This document shows positions 9,857 to 20,600 of a DNA stretch of 58,055 bases, one piece after another; the stretch's first letter is position 1, and each line of letters opens with the position of its first letter. The notes beneath the pieces were generated by a model. That model saw only the letters and a list, made by a program, of their open reading frames with translations. It searched no databases and had not been told where the DNA came from. The stretch covers positions 1 to 58,055 of the forward strand of contig JALAGF010004520.1 in assembly GCA_030167865.1 (NCBI GenBank), written 5' to 3'. Position numbers and translations under genes: made by a program. Source of the DNA: Craspedostauros australis. Taxonomy: Eukaryota.

Positions 9857-12800
9857 TTAGTCGGAGCAAGCCTTCGGATAGGGCGGTGTGCAGTCCTCGG
9901 ATGCGTCGTCGATGGTGTAGGTCTGGCCACCGGCGCCTAGGCACATGTCAGTCTTCACACAGTTTTGGCAACTGTTGGCTGGCACACATCTTCCGGGGTT
10001 AATGACGAGGTCATCGATGGCCATGGGGTGCATGGCAACGCCATTACAACTGTTGTTGGACATGCATGCGTTCTCTCCAATGTCAATGCTTCCTGCGGTC
10101 TTGGTGAGGTCGGCGTGGACATTGGTGCATGAGCTCGGTCCCTGGCAGGCCCTCTCCTGGATGAGGATGTCAACGACAACAGGTGTCACAATTCCAGCGG
10201 TTTGGGGGGCCTTTTGTCCGAGGCCCGTGCAGCTGTTCGCGCCGTTGCAGGCCGCGTTCTCGATGCGAATATTGCCGTATACGTCCGTTCCAAGGTTGTT
10301 GCAGTTGGAATTGCCCGTGCACGCTGATGGGCCCACAATCGTGTATCCGGTGACGGCGTCGTTCGAAGGTTCGTTCGTGATCGCTCCAAGATTCTCGCAA
10401 GAGTTGTCGGAAAGGCAGCTTCCAACGATGATGGACGACTCCTTAATTCCTGCGCAAGAATCCGTGCCTGCGCAGGAGTCTGGCGTAATGGTGATCACCT
10501 TGGGGGCGGTGCCTGATGGCGTGCAATCAGCGGCGGTCGGACAGCAGTCCTTCCCACTGCATGCAGTGAATAGATCAGCACCGCTGCCAGTGAGGAGGAC
10601 GCCGTCTCCCATCAGGGCGTTTTCGATCAAAGCGCGGGCGTCGGGATCATTCTTGATGCGATCGAAGCGCGCCTGGGCTTCCTCAGCGGTCGTGAGGGAC
10701 ATGGTGTCGGTGTCGCATCCGAAGATGCTCTTCACGAGCCTGTCCTTGTTGTCGGGGAGGTCCTCGATTCGGTTCACGAAGTCGGTGCACGCACCCACGT
10801 CATCATCGCAGAACACCATCACAGCATCGCCAGTGTTTGTTTCGATTGTTGGTGTTGCTGTCGGCGCGAATGATTTAGTAGGGGCGCTTGTGTCGGTTGG
10901 TACGATAGAGGGCACATCCGAGGGCTGTGCGGACGGAAGGTCTGAGGGCACATCCGAGGGCTGTGCGGACGGAAGGTCTGAGGGAATATCCGAGGGCAGA
11001 TCTGAGGGCAGATCTGAGGGCACATCCGAGGGCACATCCGAGGGTGCCACAGATTCCGTTGGAGCGGCAGACCCTGTTGGAGCATCAGTGACCGGCACGA
11101 TAACTTGGAGCTCTCTTCCCTCTTCTCCGTATGACACAGTCTCCTGAAGACGCCTCCTGTTCATAACAAACGGAGAGTTGACGTTTCCTGGCTCGCTGAG
11201 GCACAGGGTCTGCAGTGCGGTCTTCTTGACTGTTGGGGCTGCCGTTGGAGTGCTGGTAGGTCCAACGGATGGGAGGATGCTTGGGACGTTGGATGGACTG
11301 ATGGAGGGGAGGCGTGTTGGCCCGTCGGTTGGGCCTGCTGACGGTGACATGGTTGGTCCCATGGACGGCATTTCTGATGGCAGAACGGATGGGATATCGC
11401 TCGTGAGCGGGGTGGGGGCGAAGGTGGGGCACTCGGTTGGACGGTCGGCTTTGGCGACGCAGAAGTCCTCGTCGATTTCGCCGTTTCGGTTTCCCATGCT
11501 GTCCGGGCCGCAGAGGAAAGGTCCGTTGATGATTACGTAAACCTGATTGAAGGGGCAGTTCTCCAGGGCGCATCCCATGCAGGTCTCAAATCCTTTGCAG
11601 TCGCCTTCCTCAACAACGACATCGGTTTCCATGAAATCACTGTTGGCCAAGCCTTCGCAGGCACTGGTGCCATCGCAGGCTCCGTCCTCAATGCTGAGGC
11701 TTCCTCTGTTCTTGGATCCTCCATTCGCTCCCGCGTCAGTGGAGGAGTGCGCGTCCAAGCACGAATTGGTTTGGGAGCAGGCTTGCGCGCCGATGCTGAT
11801 GTCGGACACGACTCGTCCTGCTGTCGTCTGCATGGCACGGCGGCCGGCGTTTGTGCAAGAGTTGGAACCGTTGCATGATCCGTTCTGGATGGTCACGTCA
11901 CCGTACGAGAACTGTCCGACGTTTTTGCATGACTCTGCGGGAGTGCAGGCTGATTCACCGACGAAGGTGACTCCGCGTTGGACTGTGTTGGGGTCGTCGT
12001 TTTGGTTGAGGTTTTCGCACGCATAGTCCCCGGTGCATGAAGTGGCGAGGATGAGGGCATTCAGACCCACGTTGTTGCATGAACCCATTCCGGTGCAAGC
12101 GTTGAGTGCCACGGTCATGAATCCGAAATTCGAGGATGAGGAACAGCCGTCCGTGCGCTGGCAGCAGGGGCTGCCGTTCGCGTTGGAGCAGGCCGTCTTC
12201 ATGTCTTTTGGCAGTGCAGTGACAAACTCAGTTCCAGCCGAGTCGACCATTTCGAGCTGCTGGGCCAGACCTGGATTGGATGCGTACGTGTTGAATCCGA
12301 TGCGTGCTTCATTCTCACCCAGATTTCCGTAGCAGCCGAAGAACGTTTTGAGGTCAGAGTTGTCGCGGACTGCGCGGATGGCCTGACGGCACGTATCCTT
12401 GTCCTTGTTGCAGCTGATAGTCTTCGTGTTGAACAGTTCAGGTGGGAGCGAAGGGCTGCTTGGAATAACATCTGGGTTGCATGCGACGGAGATAGACGCT
12501 TCGAAGACGGTGGGGGCAGATGTTGGAGCCGCGGTCGGGGCGCTGGTTGGTGCGGATGTTGGGGCCGCGGTAGGCACGGAGGTTGGAGCCGACGTGGGAG
12601 CGGAAGTTGGGGCCGAAGTCGGGCCGGAAGTTGGGGCGCTGGTTGGTGCGGATGTGGGTGCCGAAGTCGGAGCTGAGGTTGGTGCGGAGGTTGGTGCCGA
12701 CGTTGGGGCCGAGGTGGGGGCGCTGGTTGGGGCAGATGTGGGGGCCGCGGTTGGGCCGGTTGGGGCCGCGGTTGGCGCCGGTGTTGGCATGCCTGGGGTG

Positions 12801-13333
12801 GCAGTTGGGTTGGCGGTTGGAGCCGACGTCGGGGCACTGGTTGGTGCGCTGGTTGGTGCAGATGTCGGAGCCGAGGTTGGGGCGGAGGTTGGAGCCGAGG
12901 TTGGGGCGCTGGTGGGCGCAGATGTCGGAGCCGAGGTTGGGGCGCTAGTTGGGGCCGAAGTCGGGGCGCTAGTTGGGGCGGAAGTTGGAGCCGACGTGGG
13001 TGCCGCCGTTGGCATGCCAGGCGTGGCGGTTGGGGCACTGGTCGGAGCCGACGTCGGTGCCGAAGTTGGGGCGCTGGTCGGTGCCGCCGTTGGCATGCCA
13101 GGGGTGCCAGTCGGGTTGCTGGTTGGCGCCTCCGTGTCTTTGTTCTTCTTGCCGCCCTCCTTGTCTTGCTTGTCGCCGTCGCCGTTACCAGCCTTCAGGG
13201 TACGGGTGGCCTGCATCATGACATGGAGCTCTTCGGTCTGGCCGACGGCTCTGCTGCCACGCAGCACGGCCTCCGTCGAACCCGCATGGGCGAGGAGGAG
13301 CGCGCCAAAAAGGGCTGCCTTGAACTTGAACAT
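9857..13333 (-). CDS. Secreted mucin-like glycoprotein with PTSA and PSD repeat stalks and two Cys-rich modules, 1158 aa
   Basis: Signal peptide MFKFKAALFGALLLAHAGSTEA; RXL motifs (RTL, RRRLQ, RELQ); a long PTSA array; PSD(V/L) repeats; two homologous domains each with seven I-x3-[AS]-C-x5-C units. Single intronless ORF. Confidence 0.9.
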   Translation of the reverse strand: MFKFKAALFGALLLAHAGSTEAVLRGSRAVGQTEELHVMMQATRTLKAGNGDGDKQDKEGGKKNKDTEAPTSNPTGTPGMPTAAPTSAPTSAPTSAPTSAPTATPGMPTAAPTSAPTSAPTSAPTSAPTSAPTSAPTSAPTSAPTSAPTSAPTSAPTSAPTSAPTSAPTSAPTANPTATPGMPTPAPTAAPTGPTAAPTSAPTSAPTSAPTSAPTSAPTSAPTSAPTSAPTSAPTSGPTSAPTSAPTSAPTSVPTAAPTSAPTSAPTAAPTSAPTVFEASISVACNPDVIPSSPSLPPELFNTKTISCNKDKDTCRQAIRAVRDNSDLKTFFGCYGNLGENEARIGFNTYASNPGLAQQLEMVDSAGTEFVTALPKDMKTACSNANGSPCCQRTDGCSSSSNFGFMTVALNACTGMGSCNNVGLNALILATSCTGDYACENLNQNDDPNTVQRGVTFVGESACTPAESCKNVGQFSYGDVTIQNGSCNGSNSCTNAGRRAMQTTAGRVVSDISIGAQACSQTNSCLDAHSSTDAGANGGSKNRGSLSIEDGACDGTSACEGLANSDFMETDVVVEEGDCKGFETCMGCALENCPFNQVYVIINGPFLCGPDSMGNRNGEIDEDFCVAKADRPTECPTFAPTPLTSDIPSVLPSEMPSMGPTMSPSAGPTDGPTRLPSISPSNVPSILPSVGPTSTPTAAPTVKKTALQTLCLSEPGNVNSPFVMNRRRLQETVSYGEEGRELQVIVPVTDAPTGSAAPTESVAPSDVPSDVPSDLPSDLPSDIPSDLPSAQPSDVPSDLPSAQPSDVPSIVPTDTSAPTKSFAPTATPTIETNTGDAVMVFCDDDVGACTDFVNRIEDLPDNKDRLVKSIFGCDTDTMSLTTAEEAQARFDRIKNDPDARALIENALMGDGVLLTGSGADLFTACSGKDCCPTAADCTPSGTAPKVITITPDSCAGTDSCAGIKESSIIVGSCLSDNSCENLGAITNEPSNDAVTGYTIVGPSACTGNSNCNNLGTDVYGNIRIENAACNGANSCTGLGQKAPQTAGIVTPVVVDILIQERACQGPSSCTNVHADLTKTAGSIDIGENACMSNNSCNGVAMHPMAIDDLVINPGRCVPANSCQNCVKTDMCLGAGGQTYTIDDASEDCTPPYPKACSD
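12507..13125 (-). repeat. Coding 12-bp tandem repeat encoding roughly 50 P-T-S/A-A tetrapeptides
   Basis: Degenerate 12-nt units such as ggggcgctggtt and ggagccgaggtt, interrupted by PGM spacers. Confidence 0.95.
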
Positions 13334-15610
13334 AGTCGCAGGGGCTGTGTTGGTGAGATGACGATGGGTTTCCTTGGCTGGTGTGATCGTTGTTATAGTT
13401 GGTGAGTTTTTGGTACCGTTGTGTTGGTATCGTTCAGCGATTTTCCGGGCCAACGCGTTCGATGACAGATTTGTCGGACATCGATTCGGACAAATGGACA
13501 GGAGATTATGTGGGCATGGAGTGATGCGAAAAGTGGGTGAGATGGGATGTTGTGCTTGGAGAGGACAGTGCGGTGGAGGGCAGAGCCATGGTTGACGTCC
13601 GTCGTTGACAGTAGCTTTGTGCTCGCCCGCACTGACGTTGCGTCTGCAAGGGGCTTCGTCGGTTCTGCTTCATCGCCATCTTGGACAAAGACTTGTTTGC
13701 GCTCGTGCGGTGGGGCGGCGGCGGCACCGATTGCCTCTGCGCTCGCTGTGTGGACTCACCTTTGGATTGCTGTCGACTGGAGTTCTCGGTGGTGTTCTGA
13801 TCACGGTGCAATGCTTGTGGCTTTGCTGTTGTGATCCGGTTGGTTTTATGAGAAGGTGATGGATTGGTTTTGGATTCTGATGTGATGGTGAAGCGGAATG
13901 GTGTAGTGTGTGCGTGTGTGCGTGTGTGCGTTGTGTGTTTCTCTTCCGATTTTGATGCATCATGCGATGCGCTTCGATGTTCAGTCTTCCACTCTTCTGC
14001 GTGCTCCAGCACATCCGCAGCGTTGCTGTCGTCGCTGCCTCGTGGTTTTTTACCCGTCCCTCGTCGTTCGCAACAGATCAGTGTCGAGGCACGATTCAAC
14101 CTCGGGTATGCTCGCTCGCCCGCCGAAAAAAGCACCGATACTGTTGCTGGCCATCTTTGGCGCGGTGGACGGAAATGCTGTTGAAATATTGCCAACGACG
14201 ATGCTGTGGCGGGCTTCGTTGGGTGTACATTGGCACACTAATCAGACATGAAGGTTTGTATCTACCGACGCGTCCAATCGTGGTATGGAGGAGCGTTGCG
14301 CGTGCCTGGCCTCAAAATTTCACATCACCATGGGCTTCCCACGCCAGCGCAAACAACGATTCAATCGCAAGTGCGCCTGAAATACCTTCAACGACCGTTT
14401 TTTGGGAGGTGGGATTCAATTTTCGGCGGACCGACCTAAACGTTCAAATAGAGATATTCAAGTATGAATGTTTCAATGATGTCATATGTTCAATATCAAT
14501 GTGCCCAAGAGCGCATGTATGTGTGTAAGATGCAGGTGCGCGATGGAACACCTTTGACCAATAGGGCACGGCGCATGGCTGCATGCCACGTGCTCGTTGG
14601 ACTAAACGATGGTTCTTGGAGTCCTGTTGCATCGGAAATGAGCGCGTGCACACACAACTCGATTTTTCAGGATGCGCCAACTTTGTCCATCCAATTGCCT
14701 TTTTCCTCGCCGACAATAGCACGCTGTCCCATAGTACTATTCGGAGTGTGACGCGATTCAGAAGCGCGGTTCTCGCTCTCTTCCTTGTGCTTGGTCAGCC
14801 ACGTGGCCCACAGCAACAGCTCCCCGCTGTTGCCGTTGGTCTTGGCTCGCGGAGACCAGCATTGTCGCATGGGCCGCGATGTTAACAAACAATTACTCTC
14901 CCTCGGAGTGTCAGTCGCCATCCTCGCCAATTTTTGCGGAGCTCTTCCCTCGCTTTCTCCAGACGAGCATCCGGGGCGCCGCGCTCGCCGAATTACGCCC
15001 AGCCATGCTCGACCAAGTGCGCCATGATTGCGTGTTGCTCGTCTACTCCATTGGCTTGCGCATCGACCACCGGACAATTCTTCCTGACATGGCCTCTTCT
15101 CCGTTTTGTCGCGAGTTGTTTCCCTTGTGCTCGGAGGAGTCTGTTGTCGTCGCTGTCCTCGACAATCACGAACTATTTGTCGGACGTATCGAACCTCATC
15201 TCTGATGCATGTTTGTGCGGAATATACTACGTCTGCATGGCTGTACGTATTGAGGCCAATGTCGTCCACCAACTTTCTTGTTGCTGACATTGGCAACACA
15301 CAACAAGACGGGACAAAGGGGGGAGGAGAACTTCGGGAAGAACACACACACACACATCACCATGAGCCAACAACCATGGGAAGACATCACACGGACACGA
15401 ATTTGTGTGGAGTGGATGAACGAATTGCGACCGACAACAGACAGTATTGCTGGAGACACTGTACTTGTAGACATCTGGATGTTCGTGCGAATGGCATACT
15501 GGTGCCCATGCAAGTGCAGCACTCTACTCCATTTTATTGTATTGTATTATATTGTATCATAATATTATATTCTTTTCTATTGCTCGACTCCGATTGATTT
15601 TTGGTGGTGC

Positions 15611-16516
15611 ATGCAAGCAGTCACGATGGTCGGATCCGGGGGACTCTCGCGGTCGGAATCGGAATACATCGTGGATGGGTGCGTGAACGATTGCAGAATG
15701 GATGGCCGGACGCGGGAGCAGACGCGTTCTTACACCATCGAGTTCGGGGAGTCCAGTGCATCCACGGAGAAGGCACCGCTTCCGTTGGTGAACGGCTCCG
15801 CTCGGTTGGTTTCGGTGGCCGGCGAGACGGATATCCTGTGCTCCGTCAAGGCGGAGCTCGTGCATCCCGCACTGGATTCTCCAACGATGGGACTGCTAGA
15901 AATCCACGTGGAGAGCCATCGGAACAACCGCAACGACGAGCTGGAATCCCTGCTATCGAGCTTGATTCTGTCTCGATGGGACGGCCACGAACAGCTCTGC
16001 ATCGTCCCGAAGATCTACGTCTGGAAGGTCAGCGTCGATCTCATGATAATTTCCGCGGATGGCGGTTCCGCCCTCGACCTCTGCGCTTGTCTGATCGATG
16101 CGGCATTGGCCAATACCAGCCTCCCGAAGATCGACGTGCTGCCGGGCGAGTCCACGGCGCGACCTGCTCTGCAGCTGCAGTCGGATCCACGCAAGTCCCA
16201 GCAGTTCCCGAAGGGATCGCTGCCGAGCATCGTCACGGTGGCTGTCATGAAGAATGAGACAGGTCGGATCGCTCTGGTCGTTGATGCAACCACCGAGGAA
16301 GAAGCGTGTGCGTTTGCGATGGTCCATTTCGCCATCGATCGATCCGACCAAGCTCCCGTCATCGTGTCACTGGCAAAGACGGGACGGGGCGCGTTACCTG
16401 TGACGGTGATGCAGAGCGTGACTTCCCTCGCTGTGCATACGACGATGTCTCTGCGACGTGCCTTCAGAAGAGACGACGAATGCTTGCTGGGACATGCTCT
16501 CGCAATTACCACCTAG
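15611..16516 (+). CDS. RRP42: Exosome core RNase PH-family subunit RRP42/EXOSC7
   Basis: LSRSESEYIVDGCVNDCRMDGR N-terminus, NGSARL, SVKAE, LCIVPKIYVWKVSVD, AALANT.LP and VVDATTEEEAC. The start may be the ATG at 15626. Confidence 0.85.
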   Translation: MQAVTMVGSGGLSRSESEYIVDGCVNDCRMDGRTREQTRSYTIEFGESSASTEKAPLPLVNGSARLVSVAGETDILCSVKAELVHPALDSPTMGLLEIHVESHRNNRNDELESLLSSLILSRWDGHEQLCIVPKIYVWKVSVDLMIISADGGSALDLCACLIDAALANTSLPKIDVLPGESTARPALQLQSDPRKSQQFPKGSLPSIVTVAVMKNETGRIALVVDATTEEEACAFAMVHFAIDRSDQAPVIVSLAKTGRGALPVTVMQSVTSLAVHTTMSLRRAFRRDDECLLGHALAITT

Positions 16517-17675
16517 AGGGGGGAAGGAAGGAGGAAAGGAGAACCGGACAGCGTGGAAAGGGCATTCCTTCTGCTCGGATTGCGGCTTGGAATGCACACA
16601 TGAGCTCGCACACATAATACAAGTACGCAGGCTCAGATCAAGTATTCTTTGCAGCGGGTATTGGCAGGCACTGTTTGATTGTGCACTCCACTTGCACCTG
16701 GGCTGTTGTGTTCTCTCCGCAAAGTCAGAGACACTTCGGTGCGCAGTCGTACTATCCCTCATAGGTATGCGAGCAACACTCAGCAACAGAATCTCTGGAG
16801 GAGGGTCAAGTACGAACTGTGCCAATACAGGAGCACTCTACATTCGTGCCGATGAGTAGACGTGGCACCATAGATCATAGTACAACACATGGTGTGAGCA
16901 AGTTTGGTCTGGGCATTGGTGGCTTGTGCAACTGAGAGGGCTTGTAATAGAGCGCGTGGTTGCAACTTTGGCTTGCAGATCGTCTCGTGCGATTCTCCAG
17001 GTGGTGGATCGCGCGTGGACACACCCGTCCCTTGACATGACACGTGAGCAGCACGACTCCACACAATACTTCGCCGTTCAGTCTTGGATGCAGGCCTTGA
17101 TTCGTGAGTTGAGGTTCTTCTCGCTTCTTCTGCGAGAAAAAAGAAAAGGAACAGTGTCGTGTGTTGTTCTCTTTGCGTTTCTCTGTTGACGTGGGACTTG
17201 CCCAAACGATGCGCAACGCCTGCAACTGCGTGCAGTCGTATCCACGACACGCGCTTGTGCAACAGCTTGGTGGCAACACGACGACAAAAAGACCCAAACA
17301 AGTCACCATGACACCGAGATCCTCACACACAAATCGAAGCGGAACGAAACGAAACGAGATTTGAACCACATCAAAACTGAAGCCAAACGAAGAGAGTGGG
17401 GCAGAGAAAGACCATACGAGGCAAAGGTAAAGGTAAACGGAGGCACGGAGGAAGCCGCACGAGCCCCAATCTGCCATTCTGGTCCACTCGATTCCATCAC
17501 CGTTCGACCGAGTGTCCCGCCACCATCCTGCCTGACACCATCCTTCAGCTGTGACGAGAACCACAGTCGAATCATCAGTCGAGTCATTAACAATACAAAG
17601 CAGCAGCAACACAAAACAGTAGCCACAATCCAGACGACAACAACCAACCAAGCAACGACCAAGCAACGACCAAGC

Positions 17676-20600
17676 ATGAGTAAAAACCCAGCAGCACTGC
17701 AGGGGTGGGTGAAGAGCCTCGATCCCAACACCGGCAGACCCTTCTACGCGAACCATGTGACCCGCAAGACGCAGTGGGATCCGCCGGCGGGATGGGTGGA
17801 AGAGCCCGCCCAAGCCCCTCCTCCGGCCTTGATGACGTCCGGCTTCGGCGCGGCGACTGCAACAGACTCCGCGCCGGCGGCCGAAGAGGAACCGCTGCCG
17901 TCCAACTGGGAGATGATGACGGATCCGACCACCGGAAAACCATTCTACGTCGATCACGAGCGCAAGATCACCCAGTGGACGCGCCCCACGGCCCCCAAGA
18001 GGCAGGACCACATCATCTCGCACGCCCCTGCAGAGACCGCGACGACCTCTGCGGCGCTGGCGAGGATCATGCAAGCCACCCGCACCAGCGACCCGTACGC
18101 CTCCTACGGCAAGTCAGCGGCCTCCGCGCGGTCCTACAAGCAGGAGGCATCGTACTTCAACCACGACCATTCGGCCGGGCACGAGGCGGACTTCTCCGAC
18201 GCTCTGCCCACGCTCGACTTCTCGGTCAAGAAGGTCGCCGACAAGTACCGCCTGGAATGCCCCCAGTGCGACGCCCTCTTCACGCTCCGGAATCGCCGCC
18301 ACCATTGCCGTCTGTGCGGCGACGTCTTCTGCGACAACTGCAGCAACAACCGCGTGGAGCTCCCTCTGCCAGGGCCCGAGTTCGAGAAGCCCGTTCGCGT
18401 GTGCGATCTGTGCAACAAGGACGTGGAGAAGGGAAACTTCTTCTCCATGCGCCGGTACATCACCCCGCTCCAGCTCTTCGACCCGTCCTCCAACGATGAC
18501 GACGACGAGGCCGGAGTCGCATCGGTGTCCAACGTCAACGCTGCGCTGTCCGGCATCACGCAGGATCTCAACCAGATCGTGCAGAGCGCCGAAGGCTTCG
18601 AGGACAAGGTCACCATCCCGATCGAGACGCTCATCCCCTGCATCACCAAGCACCTGGATTACAGGTCGGGCACGACCAATCGCGCCGTGCACGCACTTGC
18701 GACATTGCTGGGCCTGGGCGCCATGGTCGGCAAGCACGACTTCGCGCACAACGTCTACCTCCTGGGAAGGAAGAAGGTCCTTGATCAGATCCTAGGCGTG
18801 CTCGAGCGCTCTGGTTCCGACAGGAAGACCCTCTTCGTCCAGGAGCAGGCGGCTCGCATCCTCTTCTACCTCACCGACGCGCAGGTCATCACCTCCTTCC
18901 AGCAGAGAAGCAGCAGAAGAAGGCCGCCCTCCAGGAGCTCGTCCTTCCGCAGCGCGGACGATGATGACGACGAGGAAGCGGGGTCGATTGATTCCCTCGA
19001 CATTTCACGCACCCTCAAGAGCATGCTCGACCATTCCAGCATGAGCAAGAACATCCACCTGCAACGCTGGGCCGCTGCCACCGTGCGCAACCTCATCGCG
19101 GAAGATCAGCGCAGGGCCTGCATGGCCATCAACGAGAACGCCGGTCGCATCGCATCAGGCGAGAGCGCGCAAAAGCTGCAGTACCAGTCGTTCCTCGACG
19201 ATCTGATCGCGACGGGCGGCATCATCATCTTGTGCAGCTTGGTCGGGTCCGACGATTCCGACACCAGGGCCCACGCCACGGCGGCCCTCGGCACCATCCT
19301 TTCATCCACGCGCGCCATCGACGAGTCCATGGCGGCGCTGCATGAGATGAGCGGTGGCAGCATGGGTAGCACCAAGAAGAAGGATGGCGACATCATCCGA
19401 GCCATCTCGGCGGGCGGGGGCTGCGGATCCTCCGTCTCGCAGCTCCTGCTGTCTGCTGACAATGCGGTGGCGAAGATGGGATGCGAGTTCCTCTCCTCCT
19501 TGGTCCAGCCTTTGCTGAGCAACCCGCAGGGGTGCATCACATTGAATCAGGGATACGATTGCAAGAACGACACGTCCGGTCTCGGGGCCTGCAGGGAGTC
19601 CGCTCTGGAACTGGCGACCAGCAGCTGCCTCCCAGCGCTGATCTCGATCGTCAACGTCAATGGCAGCGTCTCGCGTCCGCTGGAGCTGCGCAAGATGGCG
19701 ATGGAGACCTTGGCAGCCACGGTGAATGCCATCGGGGAGATGGGAAAGGCCTGGGCAGGAGGCAAATACGAAGAGGGCATGACGAACAACGGCGCCCCGA
19801 ACGCCATTCTGCGAGCCCTGGCCGCCCTCAACGAAGAGCACGTCGTCGACGTGGCCATGGCCGTGTTGAAATCATCATCCGGAGAATCTCTCGGATCGGA
19901 CAGAGACACCCCAGTCTCGAGGATCAGAGAGTCCAGCGGAATCATCCTCGGCGCGATGTCGGCGTGCTCCGCCGATGCTGTCATGGACCTCCACGGCACC
20001 GACGTTCTGCCCACCCTCATCGTCTCTTCCAACGATGCCTGCATGACGGCACCGTCCACGCTGCGTGGTGACAGCGCGCCTCGGTGCGTCGGCTTGCTGG
20101 AGACCGCAGCGTCAGTCATGACGTTCAACTGGCTGCACCCATCCGGTGCCACATCCAGTCTCCTGGATCGGTTGCTGGAGACCCTCGACGTGGGCATCAT
20201 GGCGCATCTCTTCCAAATGCTCAACGCGCCAGTCGAGTGGGACTCGCGGGACAAATCCTCAGGCGGCATGAAGGCGCAAGCCGCAGCATGCAGGCTCTGC
20301 TGCTGTCTCTTCGGCATCGCCATCACGAGCAACTCGGACATTGGCATGAAGCGGCTCATGGATGCATGCGATGCGGGCCAGCCTCACCGGCAGAGACAAT
20401 CCAGAGGTCCCAGAAACATCATGGAAGCGGTCCTGACGGTGCTCCAAACATCGTTGAATCATGGACACAAGATGCTTGTGGGGAGCTCAAACACGACGCT
20501 GCATTACCAGGCAGCGTTGCTCGACCTTGTGGAGGCAGCGCTGCTGGCTGTGGGGAGTATGAGCGGCTCCGCGGGCGCTCCAGGAGGTGTCGACGGCGTC

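Noticed and set aside
9945-13361. Plus-strand ORFs with (VGAE/VGAD)n and (SEGR/SEGT)n repeats
   Set aside because: Antisense readings of the PTSA and PSD arrays; only the minus strand has a signal peptide and ordered Cys pattern.
14219-14510. Possible MITE with ttggg..acattg / caatgtgcccaa ends
   Set aside because: The inverted match is short and gapped, and no target duplication is evident.
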